From: a virus
Lineage: Duplodnaviria > Caudoviricetes
Strand: one strand, 5' to 3'
DNA: 59,401 nt
IMG/VR virus record: IMGVR_UViG_3300037529_000001
Span: 1-59,401 of that record
Both the position numbers and the translations under genes were made by a program. The stretch's first letter is position 1. Each line of letters opens with the position of its first letter. Below the pieces are notes generated by a model. The model was given only the letters and a program-made list of their open reading frames with translations, did no database searches and had not been told where the DNA came from. Shown one piece after another: positions 29,252 through 40,437 of the stretch.

Positions 29252-29898
29252 TTTTTAATGAATGTTTCTCTATCTCTGCTTGCTTGTTCTTGTAGTTCAA
29301 TACGTGCATTCGTGGATCCATTAGGCGCACGATGCTCTACTGGAATGCCAGGTACAAGCAAAGATCCACCCATAAGTCGTGCGCGCCAATCCAGATCATC
29401 ATCTGAATACCACCATTTCATGGTTTCATCTAGCTTTAGATTTGATTCACCACGAAGCATATATGCATATCCGGTAATGCGTTGTCTAAGATCAATAGGT
29501 TTAGCTTCTGTGTGAAGAACCATTTGATTTCCACCACATTGATCCGAGTAAGCAAGAACTGCAGTGGTTTGTCGCATAGTTTGTGCGATGCGATCAACCC
29601 ACCCTTCAGGTACAATAACATCAGAATTGAATATTGCCACGTTCCATGCAAGAAGATGATCTGCAATTTCTTTTGCACATTTAATGCCTATATTCCACAA
29701 TTGTGAAATATTCGGTGGATCAAGATCAATTCGGATGACATTAACATTATCATGTTCTAAATAAGATGAAAATGGTGGATCAGATAGATTATCAATAATG
29801 ATAGTGTGTGATACTTGATCTTTAATTGATGCATAACATTCATCCAACATTGCATGACGATCACGCGTTGGTATGATGGCAATCGTAGGAATTATCAT
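29230..29898 (-). CDS. GT-A (GT2) glycosyltransferase
   Basis: IIPTRDR, IIIDNLS, WNIG, FNSD, WWYSDDDL. Confidence 0.85.
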   Translation of the reverse strand: MIIPTIAIIPTRDRHAMLDECYASIKDQVSHTIIIDNLSDPPFSSYLEHDNVNVIRIDLDPPNISQLWNIGIKCAKEIADHLLAWNVAIFNSDVIVPEGWVDRIAQTMRQTTAVLAYSDQCGGNQMVLHTEAKPIDLRQRITGYAYMLRGESNLKLDETMKWWYSDDDLDWRARLMGGSLLVPGIPVEHRAPNGSTNARIELQEQASRDRETFIKKWGKAPH

Positions 29899-30704
29899 AG
29901 ACGAAGTTTACTCTTTTCAAGACTAAAAAATTCAACGTCATATGTTAGTGTGCACCTACAATTGATGATTTCACCTGGTGGTCCTGACGGATCACCTGGA
30001 AAACTCAATCGTGAAAATCCTACAGTAAATTCTTGATTAATTTTTACTGTTTGATCATCAGCATGCTTATGCGTTTCACGTGTCCGATCATCAATTTTAG
30101 AGAGCCATGTCTTAGTACCAACTCCACCAAGTTCTTGAACTTGGACAAGACTCCCCATGTTATTAGCGGCAATTACTTCAGTACGTGCAATAGATTCAGC
30201 ACGTGCACGTGTTAGATTGCCACCGGCCATAATGCGATCACGCAATTGTGGAATTGTTTCGTTTTGCTTTATTCCTTCAGTAAGTTGTTCACGAACACGT
30301 TGTGTCAACACATCACTAACATCATTCATTCTTTGCGTGGCTTGATTGACATAATGTTTTATGAGTGATTGAGTTTTTACGTCAATTTTTTCGGGACTAA
30401 GACCTGGCCATATTTTCTTAATGTTTGTCGTAATGGCTTCCACACTTTTATTAAGTATGTTATAGAGATATGGTGTAATAGTCTCTTTCACATACTTTTT
30501 CCAAAAATATGGGATAAATGACATATTCTCTGATGTGTAAAATTTACGCCGTTCCTCAGGATCATGTTTAGAAGCAGCGACAATGAACTCAATGTTATTG
30601 AATGCATGCACAATGGCAAATGTAATGCCATCTGACACTAGATCAGCAAATGCATCACTCTCAACATCAAGTTCATCAAATGTCAATCCATCAAGATATG
30701 TCAT
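29895..30704 (-). CDS. MuF-like minor head protein
   Basis: RAESIARTE, KTW..D.RTR.TH, FPGDP..EIINCRC. Confidence 0.9.
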   Translation of the reverse strand: MTYLDGLTFDELDVESDAFADLVSDGITFAIVHAFNNIEFIVAASKHDPEERRKFYTSENMSFIPYFWKKYVKETITPYLYNILNKSVEAITTNIKKIWPGLSPEKIDVKTQSLIKHYVNQATQRMNDVSDVLTQRVREQLTEGIKQNETIPQLRDRIMAGGNLTRARAESIARTEVIAANNMGSLVQVQELGGVGTKTWLSKIDDRTRETHKHADDQTVKINQEFTVGFSRLSFPGDPSGPPGEIINCRCTLTYDVEFFSLEKSKLRL

Positions 30705-30706
30705 AA

Positions 30707-32302
30707 CTACCCCGGTGGAGATGGTGGAGTTACTTGTACTGTAGGTCTTGCTTTGGTTGTTGGCGTTTTAGTCTCAGGCGTAGGTTCAGGAGTTTGTTCT
30801 TTTGCAGGGATTGTCACATCTGAATTTGGTGCATTGGGATCAGTCAAATCTGCTGGATTAGCCACTGTATCCAGTGATTTCAACTCCACGTCAGCCAATT
30901 GCGTTGCAGCATTAATGACAAGGTTACTGTAACCTGCAGCAGTACCGCCACCAAAGATAACACGCTTTAGAATCATTGATTCCAAATCTTGCTTGTTTGG
31001 TGCATCACCTTCATCAAAACCAACTTCACGACGCATTGCTGATGGACTCATTTCACCCATCTTGTAAAGAGTAATAGCATCGCTACTCTTATCAGGTCGC
31101 ACGGACAATTCTGATGTGTCATACCAGATGATAACATCTGGATCATCAATGCCCATTGCTGCAAGCGTCGGACGCAAAAATCCACGTGTAAATGCGTCAC
31201 AGATCAATTCAGCAGTAGTTGAGAAGTATAGCTTAATACTTTCTTCTTCAAGCTGCCACATTCCCCAGTGATTTGTATCACCGCGACCAAGAATGATTTC
31301 ACCGGGGAGACGAAGAGATGTAGCCAAGCGTCGTGTTTCATATTCACGATACTCAGTAATCTTCTCGTCAAGTTCATTTGCAAATGTTAGGTGCGTGAAC
31401 TTCTCAATGTACTCTGAAGGAACACGAAGTGGCAATGGAATGGCACTAGCTGGAGAACCAGGATTCTCCACTGCCTTACTTGCCACATCGATCAATTCAG
31501 CGATAAATGGATCTGGCGCATCCTTAAATTCATCACTAACTGGAAACGTAACTTCTTCAGGATATACGAGAAAACCATTACTCGCCAAGCGACTAAGAAT
31601 TTGCGCAGTAACACGACGATTAAGAAGATCCAACGTTCTCATCGTGTTAAGAGCACTTCTAGCATGAGACATTGCTCGCCAGCCAAATTGTGGATCTGGC
31701 TGCCAAATACGGATGACAAGTGAGTTAACGCCTAGTGCAACCCACATATTTTCATCTAGTCGCACTTCCCATGTCTCATTATTATTTCTAGTGGATGTAA
31801 CACGGATTTCTTCAAGACTTTTAACACACCAACGCATGCCGCTAGGTTCGCGTGGATCATCTTCACCAATGAGATAACAATCACCTGGAATGCTCAATTG
31901 AATTGCCAGGTTTCGCATCATCTCAGCGGCACCACCGATGCCGTTCCCTAGTTTGCTAACGGCTTCAGCTATTGGCCCTTCAGTGATGACCTGAGGTTCA
32001 TCGCCGCCTGGTTTCATACGAGCTGCCGTTAGACGGATACGCGACATACCTTCAGCGAACCATGTCACACCAAAGTTGAACTCACCGAGATCACGGTAGA
32101 AGTTCCATAGTTCAACCTGCCATTCTTCATTATTGTATGGACGACGCACGCGTGGATCCATAACAGCAGCGGCAGATGTGAGTGTCGACATGCGTTGCAC
32201 TTCCGGTGAAGGGGGCACAACACTTGACACCATCATTTCACGTCGTCTATGACGAAGAAGTCTAGTGTTCGCCATGATCCCTCCTTTACCTAGATGTCGC
32301 AA
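30707..32302 (-). CDS. portal protein
   Basis: WQ.E.W..Y..GE, SRLASNG, N HWG.W, WYDTS.L..RP; position after terminase. True start may lie slightly downstream. Confidence 0.85.
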   Translation of the reverse strand: MRHLGKGGIMANTRLLRHRRREMMVSSVVPPSPEVQRMSTLTSAAAVMDPRVRRPYNNEEWQVELWNFYRDLGEFNFGVTWFAEGMSRIRLTAARMKPGGDEPQVITEGPIAEAVSKLGNGIGGAAEMMRNLAIQLSIPGDCYLIGEDDPREPSGMRWCVKSLEEIRVTSTRNNNETWEVRLDENMWVALGVNSLVIRIWQPDPQFGWRAMSHARSALNTMRTLDLLNRRVTAQILSRLASNGFLVYPEEVTFPVSDEFKDAPDPFIAELIDVASKAVENPGSPASAIPLPLRVPSEYIEKFTHLTFANELDEKITEYREYETRRLATSLRLPGEIILGRGDTNHWGMWQLEEESIKLYFSTTAELICDAFTRGFLRPTLAAMGIDDPDVIIWYDTSELSVRPDKSSDAITLYKMGEMSPSAMRREVGFDEGDAPNKQDLESMILKRVIFGGGTAAGYSNLVINAATQLADVELKSLDTVANPADLTDPNAPNSDVTIPAKEQTPEPTPETKTPTTKARPTVQVTPPSPPG

Positions 32303-32664
32303 CCTTCATACGTGTCTTCAAGACGCTCGATAATGAGTGAAGCCAATGATGACCCTGCAAGCCACCATCCGAGAGCCATGAAAACAGGCATGTTGACAAA
32401 GAACGTCAATCCATATAGTAGCCCACCGCTCACCCAGATGCTCATGCACCATTCACACTGAAACAAATATCCAATACTCTTCAGAAATGTACCACGTGGC
32501 TTCATGCCTTCTTCAATGTCAACCGCAGTTGGATCAGTGTTCTTTAGGATCCAATCGCGTGGCTTTGCAATGACCGGTAGACAATCACGAATGATAAAAC
32601 GTGTAATGCGATGAACTGCAAACACAAATATTATGAAAGTGAAAATGTATTCAACTGCATTCAT
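32290..32664 (-). CDS. DUF1360-like membrane protein
   Basis: RITR.I..D, L..C.WC.S.W. Confidence 0.7.
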   Translation of the reverse strand: MNAVEYIFTFIIFVFAVHRITRFIIRDCLPVIAKPRDWILKNTDPTAVDIEEGMKPRGTFLKSIGYLFQCEWCMSIWVSGGLLYGLTFFVNMPVFMALGWWLAGSSLASLIIERLEDTYEGCDI

Positions 32665-32665
32665 G

Positions 32666-34255
32666 TTAACTCCTATTAAATCGTTCTGCCCAATTCATGC
32701 CACGACCACGTCCCGTGTTATGAGCACTTGTTGTGTATTTGGACAATGATCTAGCACCTGGTTTTAGCAATGTACCTTGTGTCAATGATACTGCACTACT
32801 GAAATCGCCACCAACACGCGATTCAATGAATGCAAGCAATAGTGCGTCAGCTTTATCGGGTGATGCACCTTCAAGTCGCTTTCTAATTTCATCCTTCGGC
32901 TCGATTTTAATCTTACCGTATGAATCAAGTAGTGTGTAACGCGGTGCTGTGAGCTCGTTAATGACATCTTCGTCTACATTGGACAAATCCCATGTCTGTA
33001 GACGTGAATTTTCACGACCAACTTCCCACCACACTTCAGCACGCTTGTTCAAGTATTTACGTTCACGACCTGGAGTTGGCTTGCTTCCAAAGTTCACAGG
33101 AACAACTTCAGCTTCATGTGACGTCATTCCTGAAACATTGTGCTTGCTACTCAATTCCTTAATGCGACCATAAATACCCCAGCCGATACCAATGCTGTCA
33201 ATCTTAACTCTTTGAATACCCCATTCACGTAGTTTTTCACACAACAAACCAACTGTTCTCATTGGATCGCTATCAGTGAATTCAGCAATACGGCCAGCCT
33301 TACGACCTCGACGTTCATAGATAATGGTTCGGTCACCACCAGCACCAACATCAATACCTGCCTCAATCGGTTCACCATCAGGGAGATCAAGGTAGCGGCA
33401 TTTATTCAACATGCTCATTGGAATGGCACTGAACGGATCAGCTCCTGTTGGGAACTTACCTTCACACTTTGAAATGAACAGCGCACTATCTTCACCCCAC
33501 TTTTTACGCCGTGATTCAACCCAGCGAGGAGAAATAAGTTGTTCTGTGATTTCTGGTGGAAGATTTTTACCTTCATCTGTGAAGTTAGGCGTGTCAGCGT
33601 ATCCAATGCCGATCACATTCCATCCGGAACCTGGTTTGCAGTTATCTGCAAATTCAGAAATGGGATCATCAGGGTTTCCAATGGCGAGCATCTTACCGTG
33701 CTCATTCGCAGCCAAGGTGCTAGCCGCATCCCAAATCTGCTTAGGGACGCCACATGCCTCATCAATGATCACGAGAAAGTATCGTGCGTGAATACCCTGG
33801 AATGCTGAGTGATTGTATTCACTTGGCTTTCGACCCAAGCCTACAAGTTCTTTACCCATGTACCATTCAGTAAGATTGGTACGTCCTGGTAGATCACCCT
33901 TTTGATGCATGCGGTTGATTTCACGCCAGAGAATGGCTTCAACCTGAGGTTGTGTTGGAGCTGTGGACACAACAAAAGCAGTGCCTGGATCATGCGTGTC
34001 AAGCCACCAACATGCTGTCAATGCAGCAATGAATGACTTTCCAATTTCATGGCATGAATGCACTGCTGTTTCGGAATGATCACGAACAGATTCAATGATT
34101 TCTTTTTGCTTACTCCAAATGGTAACACCCAATCGCTCTTTAGCCCAGAGCCCTGGATTTCGTTGCCACTCACGTCTTTTAGGATTCAAAATGTCAAGCC
34201 AAGCAGAACCGATTCCGGCTCCACTTGGCAATGTTTGCATGGGCTTCTTTGGCAT
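32666..34255 (-). CDS. terL: terminase large subunit
   Basis: SCHEIGKS, APT..Q, IIDEA, IGNP, GIDVG..GDRT, SPDKADA. Confidence 0.95.
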   Translation of the reverse strand: MPKKPMQTLPSGAGIGSAWLDILNPKRREWQRNPGLWAKERLGVTIWSKQKEIIESVRDHSETAVHSCHEIGKSFIAALTACWWLDTHDPGTAFVVSTAPTQPQVEAILWREINRMHQKGDLPGRTNLTEWYMGKELVGLGRKPSEYNHSAFQGIHARYFLVIIDEACGVPKQIWDAASTLAANEHGKMLAIGNPDDPISEFADNCKPGSGWNVIGIGYADTPNFTDEGKNLPPEITEQLISPRWVESRRKKWGEDSALFISKCEGKFPTGADPFSAIPMSMLNKCRYLDLPDGEPIEAGIDVGAGGDRTIIYERRGRKAGRIAEFTDSDPMRTVGLLCEKLREWGIQRVKIDSIGIGWGIYGRIKELSSKHNVSGMTSHEAEVVPVNFGSKPTPGRERKYLNKRAEVWWEVGRENSRLQTWDLSNVDEDVINELTAPRYTLLDSYGKIKIEPKDEIRKRLEGASPDKADALLLAFIESRVGGDFSSAVSLTQGTLLKPGARSLSKYTTSAHNTGRGRGMNWAERFNRS

Positions 34256-34275
34256 AATGCCATTATATTAAATTA

Positions 34276-36596
34276 TCATGTGTCAGGTGTCTCCACGATG
34301 ACGTTATCTTTACGCAATTCAAACAATTTTCGCAGAACAGTCAACGACATACTTCCGTGCCGTGTTGTTCTTTGACCATTCAGCATCTCATAAAAGTGCA
34401 CATGACCTGATCGGGTGATCTTTTCAATCTCAATGTTATATGGGTATAGTGATGTGTAAAATGAGTTACGCTTGAGACGATCACCTTGTTGCGGTATGTA
34501 ATCACGCGCTGTCATATGTGTATCGTATCAGACTTCCATCACTTGATACTTGCAATAGCATGCATAAAAATGAGAAGTAGTGGAATTGAAAACAAGATAC
34601 GATCCAGTGACATTGCTAATCCATCACGAACATACTGCTTTTTCTTACTTACATGGCGCGTGTTAAAAATCTTAGTGATAAACATCATAATGAATAGTAA
34701 CGCCTTCATCGGTTCTCTCCAGTGCTTCAATCCGGTAATGACGTGCATGAAATGCCTTACGCGATCGTGCTCGTTTAATGTATATGATGGCTTCAGCGTA
34801 TGATGTACATGCGTGATCGACAACCCATGAACTTGTCTGTGGCATGTTGTGCACATACTCAAAACGTTCTATACTGTAGACCTGATCAATGATGACTTCT
34901 TTTGCGATATCATCAAGAATGACAGCCACGTTTCTATGTCTCCCCATATGCATTTCTTTTTTCTTTCTTCTTTCTTCTTTCTTGTTCATGTACAAAGCGG
35001 CGCCTAGCTTGTTGTCGGATTCTAGACGCCGCTTCGTTATGACCGCTTGTGATATTACACCGCAGGCCAACTCACTGTGATAATGGCACTATTAACCAGA
35101 TCACGCACCATTTGCCGTGCTGCATCACGCTCTAGATTAGTCATCTCAGGCGTTGTGTCAATGGCAAACTGAATCGCACGATTAGTGACGCTGTACGTCT
35201 CTTCAGTAAGAACGCGTGTCGCAATCTGCGGACACAGAAGCGCGAGCTTGTCAGGATCTGGATCCGGTGGGATAGGTTCTGTCATAGTTCTATTCTACTG
35301 CCGTTGTTTGTTCATACTTTTCTTGCAGTGTGAGCATGAAATAAACAAATGCATCAGCCTTCAATAGCGCAAGTGTGCGTGATGTGGAATCTTCAGCGCG
35401 ATTGGCACGTCGTTCGAAAAGGTCAGTGCATTCACGCATTATGCACATCATGTATTCATATGCAACCGGAACAAATGCTTTAGGATCAACCTGTCCATCA
35501 GCGACACCGGGTAGATCTATCATTGCATCATCATACAATTTTTTAGCAAATGCCATAAGTACCGCATGCACTTCGTTTGTTTCAATATCCATTATCGAGA
35601 CACATTCACAATCGCTTTAGGATGCTTCACTAGATTAGCAAGGAGTTGTTCCAGAGCAGGAATCAGAGTCTTATAACTGCCCCACTTGTTAGCGGGATTC
35701 CGGTGAATGAATTTTTCAGGATACTTTTTGAGATACTGAATGGCACTGGTAAGATCCGCGATGCATGTTGACGCAAGACGCTTATCGAACTCTGCTAGGT
35801 CAACACCCGCTTCACGCCACATGAACGCACAATTGCTTGTGTAGTTCCAGTCGACACCGATAATATAAGCGGGTTCATCTCCGCCTGTGTCGATGGAAAG
35901 CCAGATGTCATAACTCATGATCATTTTCTCTAGGTTGTCAGCGGCTTCATCAGTGTGTTGATCAATTGAAACACAATCAGCAGTGTATTCATCAATGTAA
36001 GCGGCGCAACATTCACCCCCTTTAAGTTCCTGACAAGTGTCACAAAAAGGTGCGCCTGAAAAATGGTGGGGTATACCGTTTTTTACATTACAACACGCGC
36101 AAAGTTGTTGACTATCATTAGACATAATCACATCACACAATCATTGTCATTATCATTTCTTTTGATGCTACCGTACACGGGTTTTTCATTATTGAATACA
36201 GTGATAGAGCGTACATTTCTGATGTGGTCAGGCGTTCGATACTCTGCTTCAGCGCCACTGGCTGTTAGATCATTAATAGTGAAAATGTCACCATTAGTGA
36301 ATTCAATCACTACAGAATAACTCATATCTGTATTCATATCATCACTCGATGCAGTCGTTATCAGTACATAGGGAGATGAGAAGAGTATTCGATCCAGATG
36401 ATGCGTTAGAGAACACATCACCAGAATACTCATCAAAGTATGTGTCGATCCAGTCGTCACAACAAGGTGTCTTAGAGTATGTAAAGCACTCTTCACAGAA
36501 TGATGAGTACACACCATTACGGAAGCGTCCGTAATCTTCTTGACAACACAAACAATAAATGGGTTTCTGCATGAGGGACATTACGTCTGTGTTCAT
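34276..36596 (-). CDS. run of about 8 small hypothetical genes (e.g. 34276-34515, 34672-34947, 35055-35285, 35290-35592, 35592-36140, 36342-36596)
   Basis: Tightly packed or overlapping leftward ORFs downstream of the promoter at ~36.67 kb; several are Cys-rich; no family recognised. Confidence 0.6.
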
Positions 36597-36657
36597 CGTT
36601 CCATCCAGATCATGGCTGTTGGCCTAGCACTTGGACTGTAGCTCGGGTGCTATGTCA

Positions 36658-36691
36658 ATTTTAACAAGATCAAGAGGAAAGGTGCGATCTT
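36658..36691 (-). promoter_or_regulatory. AAGATC-N22-TAAAAT promoter
   Basis: Minus strand CAAGATCGCACC...TAAAATTGACATA matches the family. Confidence 0.55.
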
Positions 36692-36814
36692 GATGAAAGT
36701 TCGTTTTGTACCAAATGTTCTAGAGGTGATAGAGACGAAAATTTTTTCAGGAGATAGGATATCGAAATCACTTTGGGCAAAAATTTTTCAGAAGGCCTAT
36801 CTTACCATTCCAGT

Positions 36815-37500
36815 GTGGATCTTGCGGAGGAGCAGATATATCCCACTCACAAGATCAACGATCTTCATTAAATGAGATCTTACTTAATTGCATTAATGGC
36901 TTTGATCTTCCATTCTTCATTCACATCATTTGATCTTGCACATATGTATGCCATTCACCATTGTCTGCCGTCCCTTTACACCGTACTCCATTGCATTCTT
37001 TTTGCACTCCATTCACATTGCATCTGCTCTCGCTGGATGCGTGCTGATCTTGACCCAGATGGAGTCGATCTTGATGCGCATTGATCTTGGCTGGGTTGAT
37101 CTTGAGTGTTAAGATCAACGATCTTGCCACTGTCTAATTAGTTGATCTTGCACTGGATGCTGATCTTGCATTTGAGTTGATCTTGATCTTGGGCAGTTGA
37201 TCTTGTGCAATTGATCTTCTCACTGGGCAAGATCATCTTCTCCCAAGATCAACACGGGCAAGATCGCTTCAGAAAATGATCTTGTGATGTTTGATCATCC
37301 AGAAAAAGAGTGGATGGATGCCGGTCTGGAAAATGGGTTCTCTGAGATCATCCCTCGTCCTCTTTCAAAAGTCATCCTATAGTTAACAATAGAGATGAAG
37401 TTGATCTTCTAGAAAATGATCTGAGGGTATTGTTCGAGGTAGATGGGTTACGAAAGTGATCTCCTGTTGTGGAAACACACGCGGCATTTTGGATCTTCAT
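36815..37500. repeat. dense GATCTT/AAGATC array
   Basis: Dozens of TTGATCTT/CAAGATC hexa-octamers in both orientations; no convincing ORF. Confidence 0.85.
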
Positions 37501-37679
37501 CTCTCAGAGCCACGCAATTTCTATATTGTCTCCCCATTCGTCTCCCTCTCTTCCACTTCTCCCTCCCTCTCATTTTTATGTGACAAAAAAGTGGAAATGG
37601 TCCATTTTTCACCATTTCCACCCCTGAGAGTGCTTTTAAAAAAAAATGAGTTGTGATTTTCGAGAAAAATGATGATTTT

Positions 37680-38540
37680 CTACGTGTTGTGCGTTTTTGA
37701 CTCAATTTCCTGGAAATTCCTCGCAACCTTCGTCAAAAGCTCATATTGTGCATTTTCATCCAGATTCATCTCTATTGCAGCTCTTTGAACCGATGAATGC
37801 AGAATTTGCGCTTGGTCTTCCATCATGCTCACCATTCGCTCTGCAATTCCCGCATCAATGGCCATTTTGCTCACTTGTGCAAGTCGTTTCCCCCTTTCCT
37901 CCAAAAGTGTCATCCAATAAAATGAAACACCATCCGGAAGCAGATCCTCATCTGTTTGTGTGATTTCGCCCACCTTTTGGGTGAGCCATGCAACTTGCCC
38001 CGCCAAAAGCCGGATTTGTCCCAGCAATGCATCCCATGGAGTTACATTAAGTGCCAATGCCATTGCATGCATGAAAACCCACCCTGCTTCTGCTCTTCCA
38101 TTCCTTTTTGCTCCCCCATGCGCGACGCATCTCCCAATTCCCACGTGATCTGTTTTGCGTCCCGCTTCATTCAAACATTGTTGCCCTGCATACCGTCCAT
38201 TGGTAATGATCGCGGGACATTTGAACTTCTTACCGTCAAAAAATGGATCATCCCATGACCAAACACCCGTATTATCCAGAACAAGTGTTGGCATCCACTT
38301 TTCAGGACCTGGGATTTCCTGCCGTATGAGATGGATGTGCTCTAGATTCCCATCTACCGCACTTTTTAGCTTTTCGGGCCCGGAACTACCCAGATCACTG
38401 TGATCTTGTTCTGCGGAGGATGAGATAACCTCTTGTTGGTCTTCCCATTCATCAAAAATTCGTGAAACATTGTTGAGTGCTTCCATTTGCACACGATCCA
38501 ATTCCTCAATGAACCGGTAATAATCGTGATCAAATGACAT
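37680..38540 (-). CDS. probable terminase small subunit
   Basis: C....G..C..AG..T.H.G.GRC..HGG Zn motif followed by a helical AIDAGIAER region. Confidence 0.65.
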   Translation of the reverse strand: MSFDHDYYRFIEELDRVQMEALNNVSRIFDEWEDQQEVISSSAEQDHSDLGSSGPEKLKSAVDGNLEHIHLIRQEIPGPEKWMPTLVLDNTGVWSWDDPFFDGKKFKCPAIITNGRYAGQQCLNEAGRKTDHVGIGRCVAHGGAKRNGRAEAGWVFMHAMALALNVTPWDALLGQIRLLAGQVAWLTQKVGEITQTDEDLLPDGVSFYWMTLLEERGKRLAQVSKMAIDAGIAERMVSMMEDQAQILHSSVQRAAIEMNLDENAQYELLTKVARNFQEIESKTHNT

Positions 38541-38726
38541 AAGATAATTATATCAGATAAGAATCCGTACGCGTTGAACAAAGCACTGACACATAATGAA
38601 ACAAAAAGCAGAGAAACAATGTCAATTTGTACCAAATGTTCATCTGCTTGACATAGGTTCACGTCACAATGCCACAAGGCGCATTCAATTGGTACATATG
38701 CAATCAAATGGTACGTGAAATAGCCT

Positions 38727-39097
38727 GGGTTACGGTTACAGATGCCAACGGAAAACTTTTCAAAAATTTTTCGACGGCTGGACAAATCACCCCTACAAAG
38801 TCAAACTGGTACAAATTTTGAGTACTACTATCAAAATATTTTAGTTTCCGTTTCCATCTGTAACCCTGTAACCCGCGCTGGGTATAACAGTAAAATATTA
38901 GTTATTAGTAGTAGTAGACCGCTTAATTACCAATAAGTAACATGGGTTACACATGGGTTACAGATGACCGGTTGATGTGTAACCATCTGTAACCCTCGGG
39001 CAGCTATTCGACCAACAATTTATAGCTTTGTACCATTTCCCATCTGTAACCCAGGAAAACGTCATCTGTAACCTCTTGCATTGTCATCCGTAACCCG
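38727..39097. repeat. CATCTGTAACC iteron cluster, candidate replication origin
   Basis: At least 7 copies of (CATC)TGTAACC(C) in both orientations around an AT-rich stretch at ~38.89-38.94 kb. Confidence 0.7.
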
Positions 39098-39414
39098 ACT
39101 ATTCTGTACAAATTGCATTAGTGATCCACAACAAAATGATCTGGAATGAACGTGATATGTGAATGAGCACTCCTTTATGGCTCAAAAAGAGTGATAAGGA
39201 GAGTAAGATCGTGGATCTAGGGTTCTGAAAATCCCTCAGACATCCATAGAGCCATCGAAACAGCCTTAGAGTTGACAACTAAGCACTAGCTAGGGTACGA
39301 GACCTGACAAGAGTGCTAGGGTTGTTAAATGACGTCCTGAAGGCTGACATCCAAATGCCGATGCTGGAAACGACGAAAACGATCTTGCAGGTTCACAAGA
39401 TCGTTCTTCACACA

Positions 39415-39455
39415 TAATAAAAGATCCACAATCATAAGATCGTGGATCTTTTATC
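39415..39455 (-). terminator. terminator of early leftward operon
   Basis: ATAAAAGATCCAC..GTGGATCTTTTAT. Confidence 0.7.
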
Positions 39456-39613
39456 TGTTCACTTACTACGAAGGTTCATAGATGTGACGCGTGCATCGGG
39501 ATAGTCACTTTTCATGATCATGTTGAGAATGGTCATGGTGGCTGCGTGATTGTGGTGTGGGAATGCGAATACATCGCCTTTATCAGTGGTCACGTGAACC
39601 CACATGGTATCTC

Positions 39614-40021
39614 CTAATTGTGATCGTTGTGATCGTTGAATTCCTGGATCTTGACCGTACAGGCGCTCTGGATGTTGATCATGAGAGTGCCATCCTGGTC
39701 TTGACGCCAGAGGTTCAGGTAAAGATCCATCCCAGATGGGACGTCGATCATGTTCCCATGATCATCCGTGTAGGAATACGCCTCGAGTCCCGCCAAGGCG
39801 TTGCAAGGCGTCGCGTCGCCGTCCTTCAAACCATCTGAGATGGGCGCAGACGCACTTTCTACGCCTTTGGGTAGATCGTTGCTAGAAGTGCTTTTGATCT
39901 CGTTAGAGATGACCTGAGTCAGCCAGAACGTGACGCTGAACGCAGTACCCCACACGATCGTGAAAATGATCATCGCGTTTCGGTTCTGGATCTTGATCTT
40001 TTCCATGATCTTGGTGTTCAT
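39614..40021 (-). CDS. membrane-anchored hypothetical protein
   Basis: AAGGAGG RBS region; one N-terminal TM helix. ORF-track start looks over-extended. Confidence 0.65.
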   Translation of the reverse strand: MNTKIMEKIKIQNRNAMIIFTIVWGTAFSVTFWLTQVISNEIKSTSSNDLPKGVESASAPISDGLKDGDATPCNALAGLEAYSYTDDHGNMIDVPSGMDLYLNLWRQDQDGTLMINIQSACTVKIQEFNDHNDHN

Positions 40022-40057
40022 GATCACCTCGGCCTCCTTATCGATTGTTAGGAATGA

Positions 40058-40099
40058 GTGCCCGTGATCGGAATCGAACCGATCAAAAACCATTCGGGC
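40058..40099 (-). ncRNA. mini-tRNA element 1
   Basis: GCCCG-AATGGTTTTT-GATCGG-TTCGATT-CCGATC-A-CGGGC-AC, intergenic. Confidence 0.75.
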
Positions 40100-40107
40100 T
40101 GACGTTC

Positions 40108-40323
40108 TTAGCGGGCGATGTTGATTCGGTGAAGCTGAATGGTCGTGTTGTGCTTGTAGGCGATGATCGTCGCCTTCAGGTCGCCGTACGCCCATTCGGT
40201 AATACCGAAGTCGATCATCTTGCCGTTGATCTCGCGTGTCCACGCGTAAGAAATGTCAGAGAGCGTGGTCGACGTCCCACGGAGGAAAGCAACGGAAACA
40301 GCAGAGCGGGGGCCAATGTTCAT
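40108..40323 (-). CDS. hypothetical protein
   Basis: AAAGGA RBS; GC3-rich codons. Confidence 0.65.
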   Translation of the reverse strand: MNIGPRSAVSVAFLRGTSTTLSDISYAWTREINGKMIDFGITEWAYGDLKATIIAYKHNTTIQLHRINIAR

Positions 40324-40355
40324 GATCATTCCTTTGTTCGTGTTTGGTATTTGGA

Positions 40356-40404
40356 GCGTCTAGAAGAGGAATCGAACCTCAACAAATGACCACCAGGTCT
40401 AGAC
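40356..40404 (-). ncRNA. mini-tRNA element 2
   Basis: GTCTAGA-CCTGGTGGTCATTTGTT-GAGG-TTCGATT-CCTC-T-TCTAGAC-GC. Confidence 0.7.
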
Positions 40405-40437
40405 TATGAAGGGCGGTTATTCGCCGCCCTATGGATG

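Noticed and set aside
36815-37500. CRISPR array
   Set aside because: Repeats are 6-9 bp, irregularly spaced and in both orientations. The only cas-like gene is a solo Cas4-type phage exonuclease.
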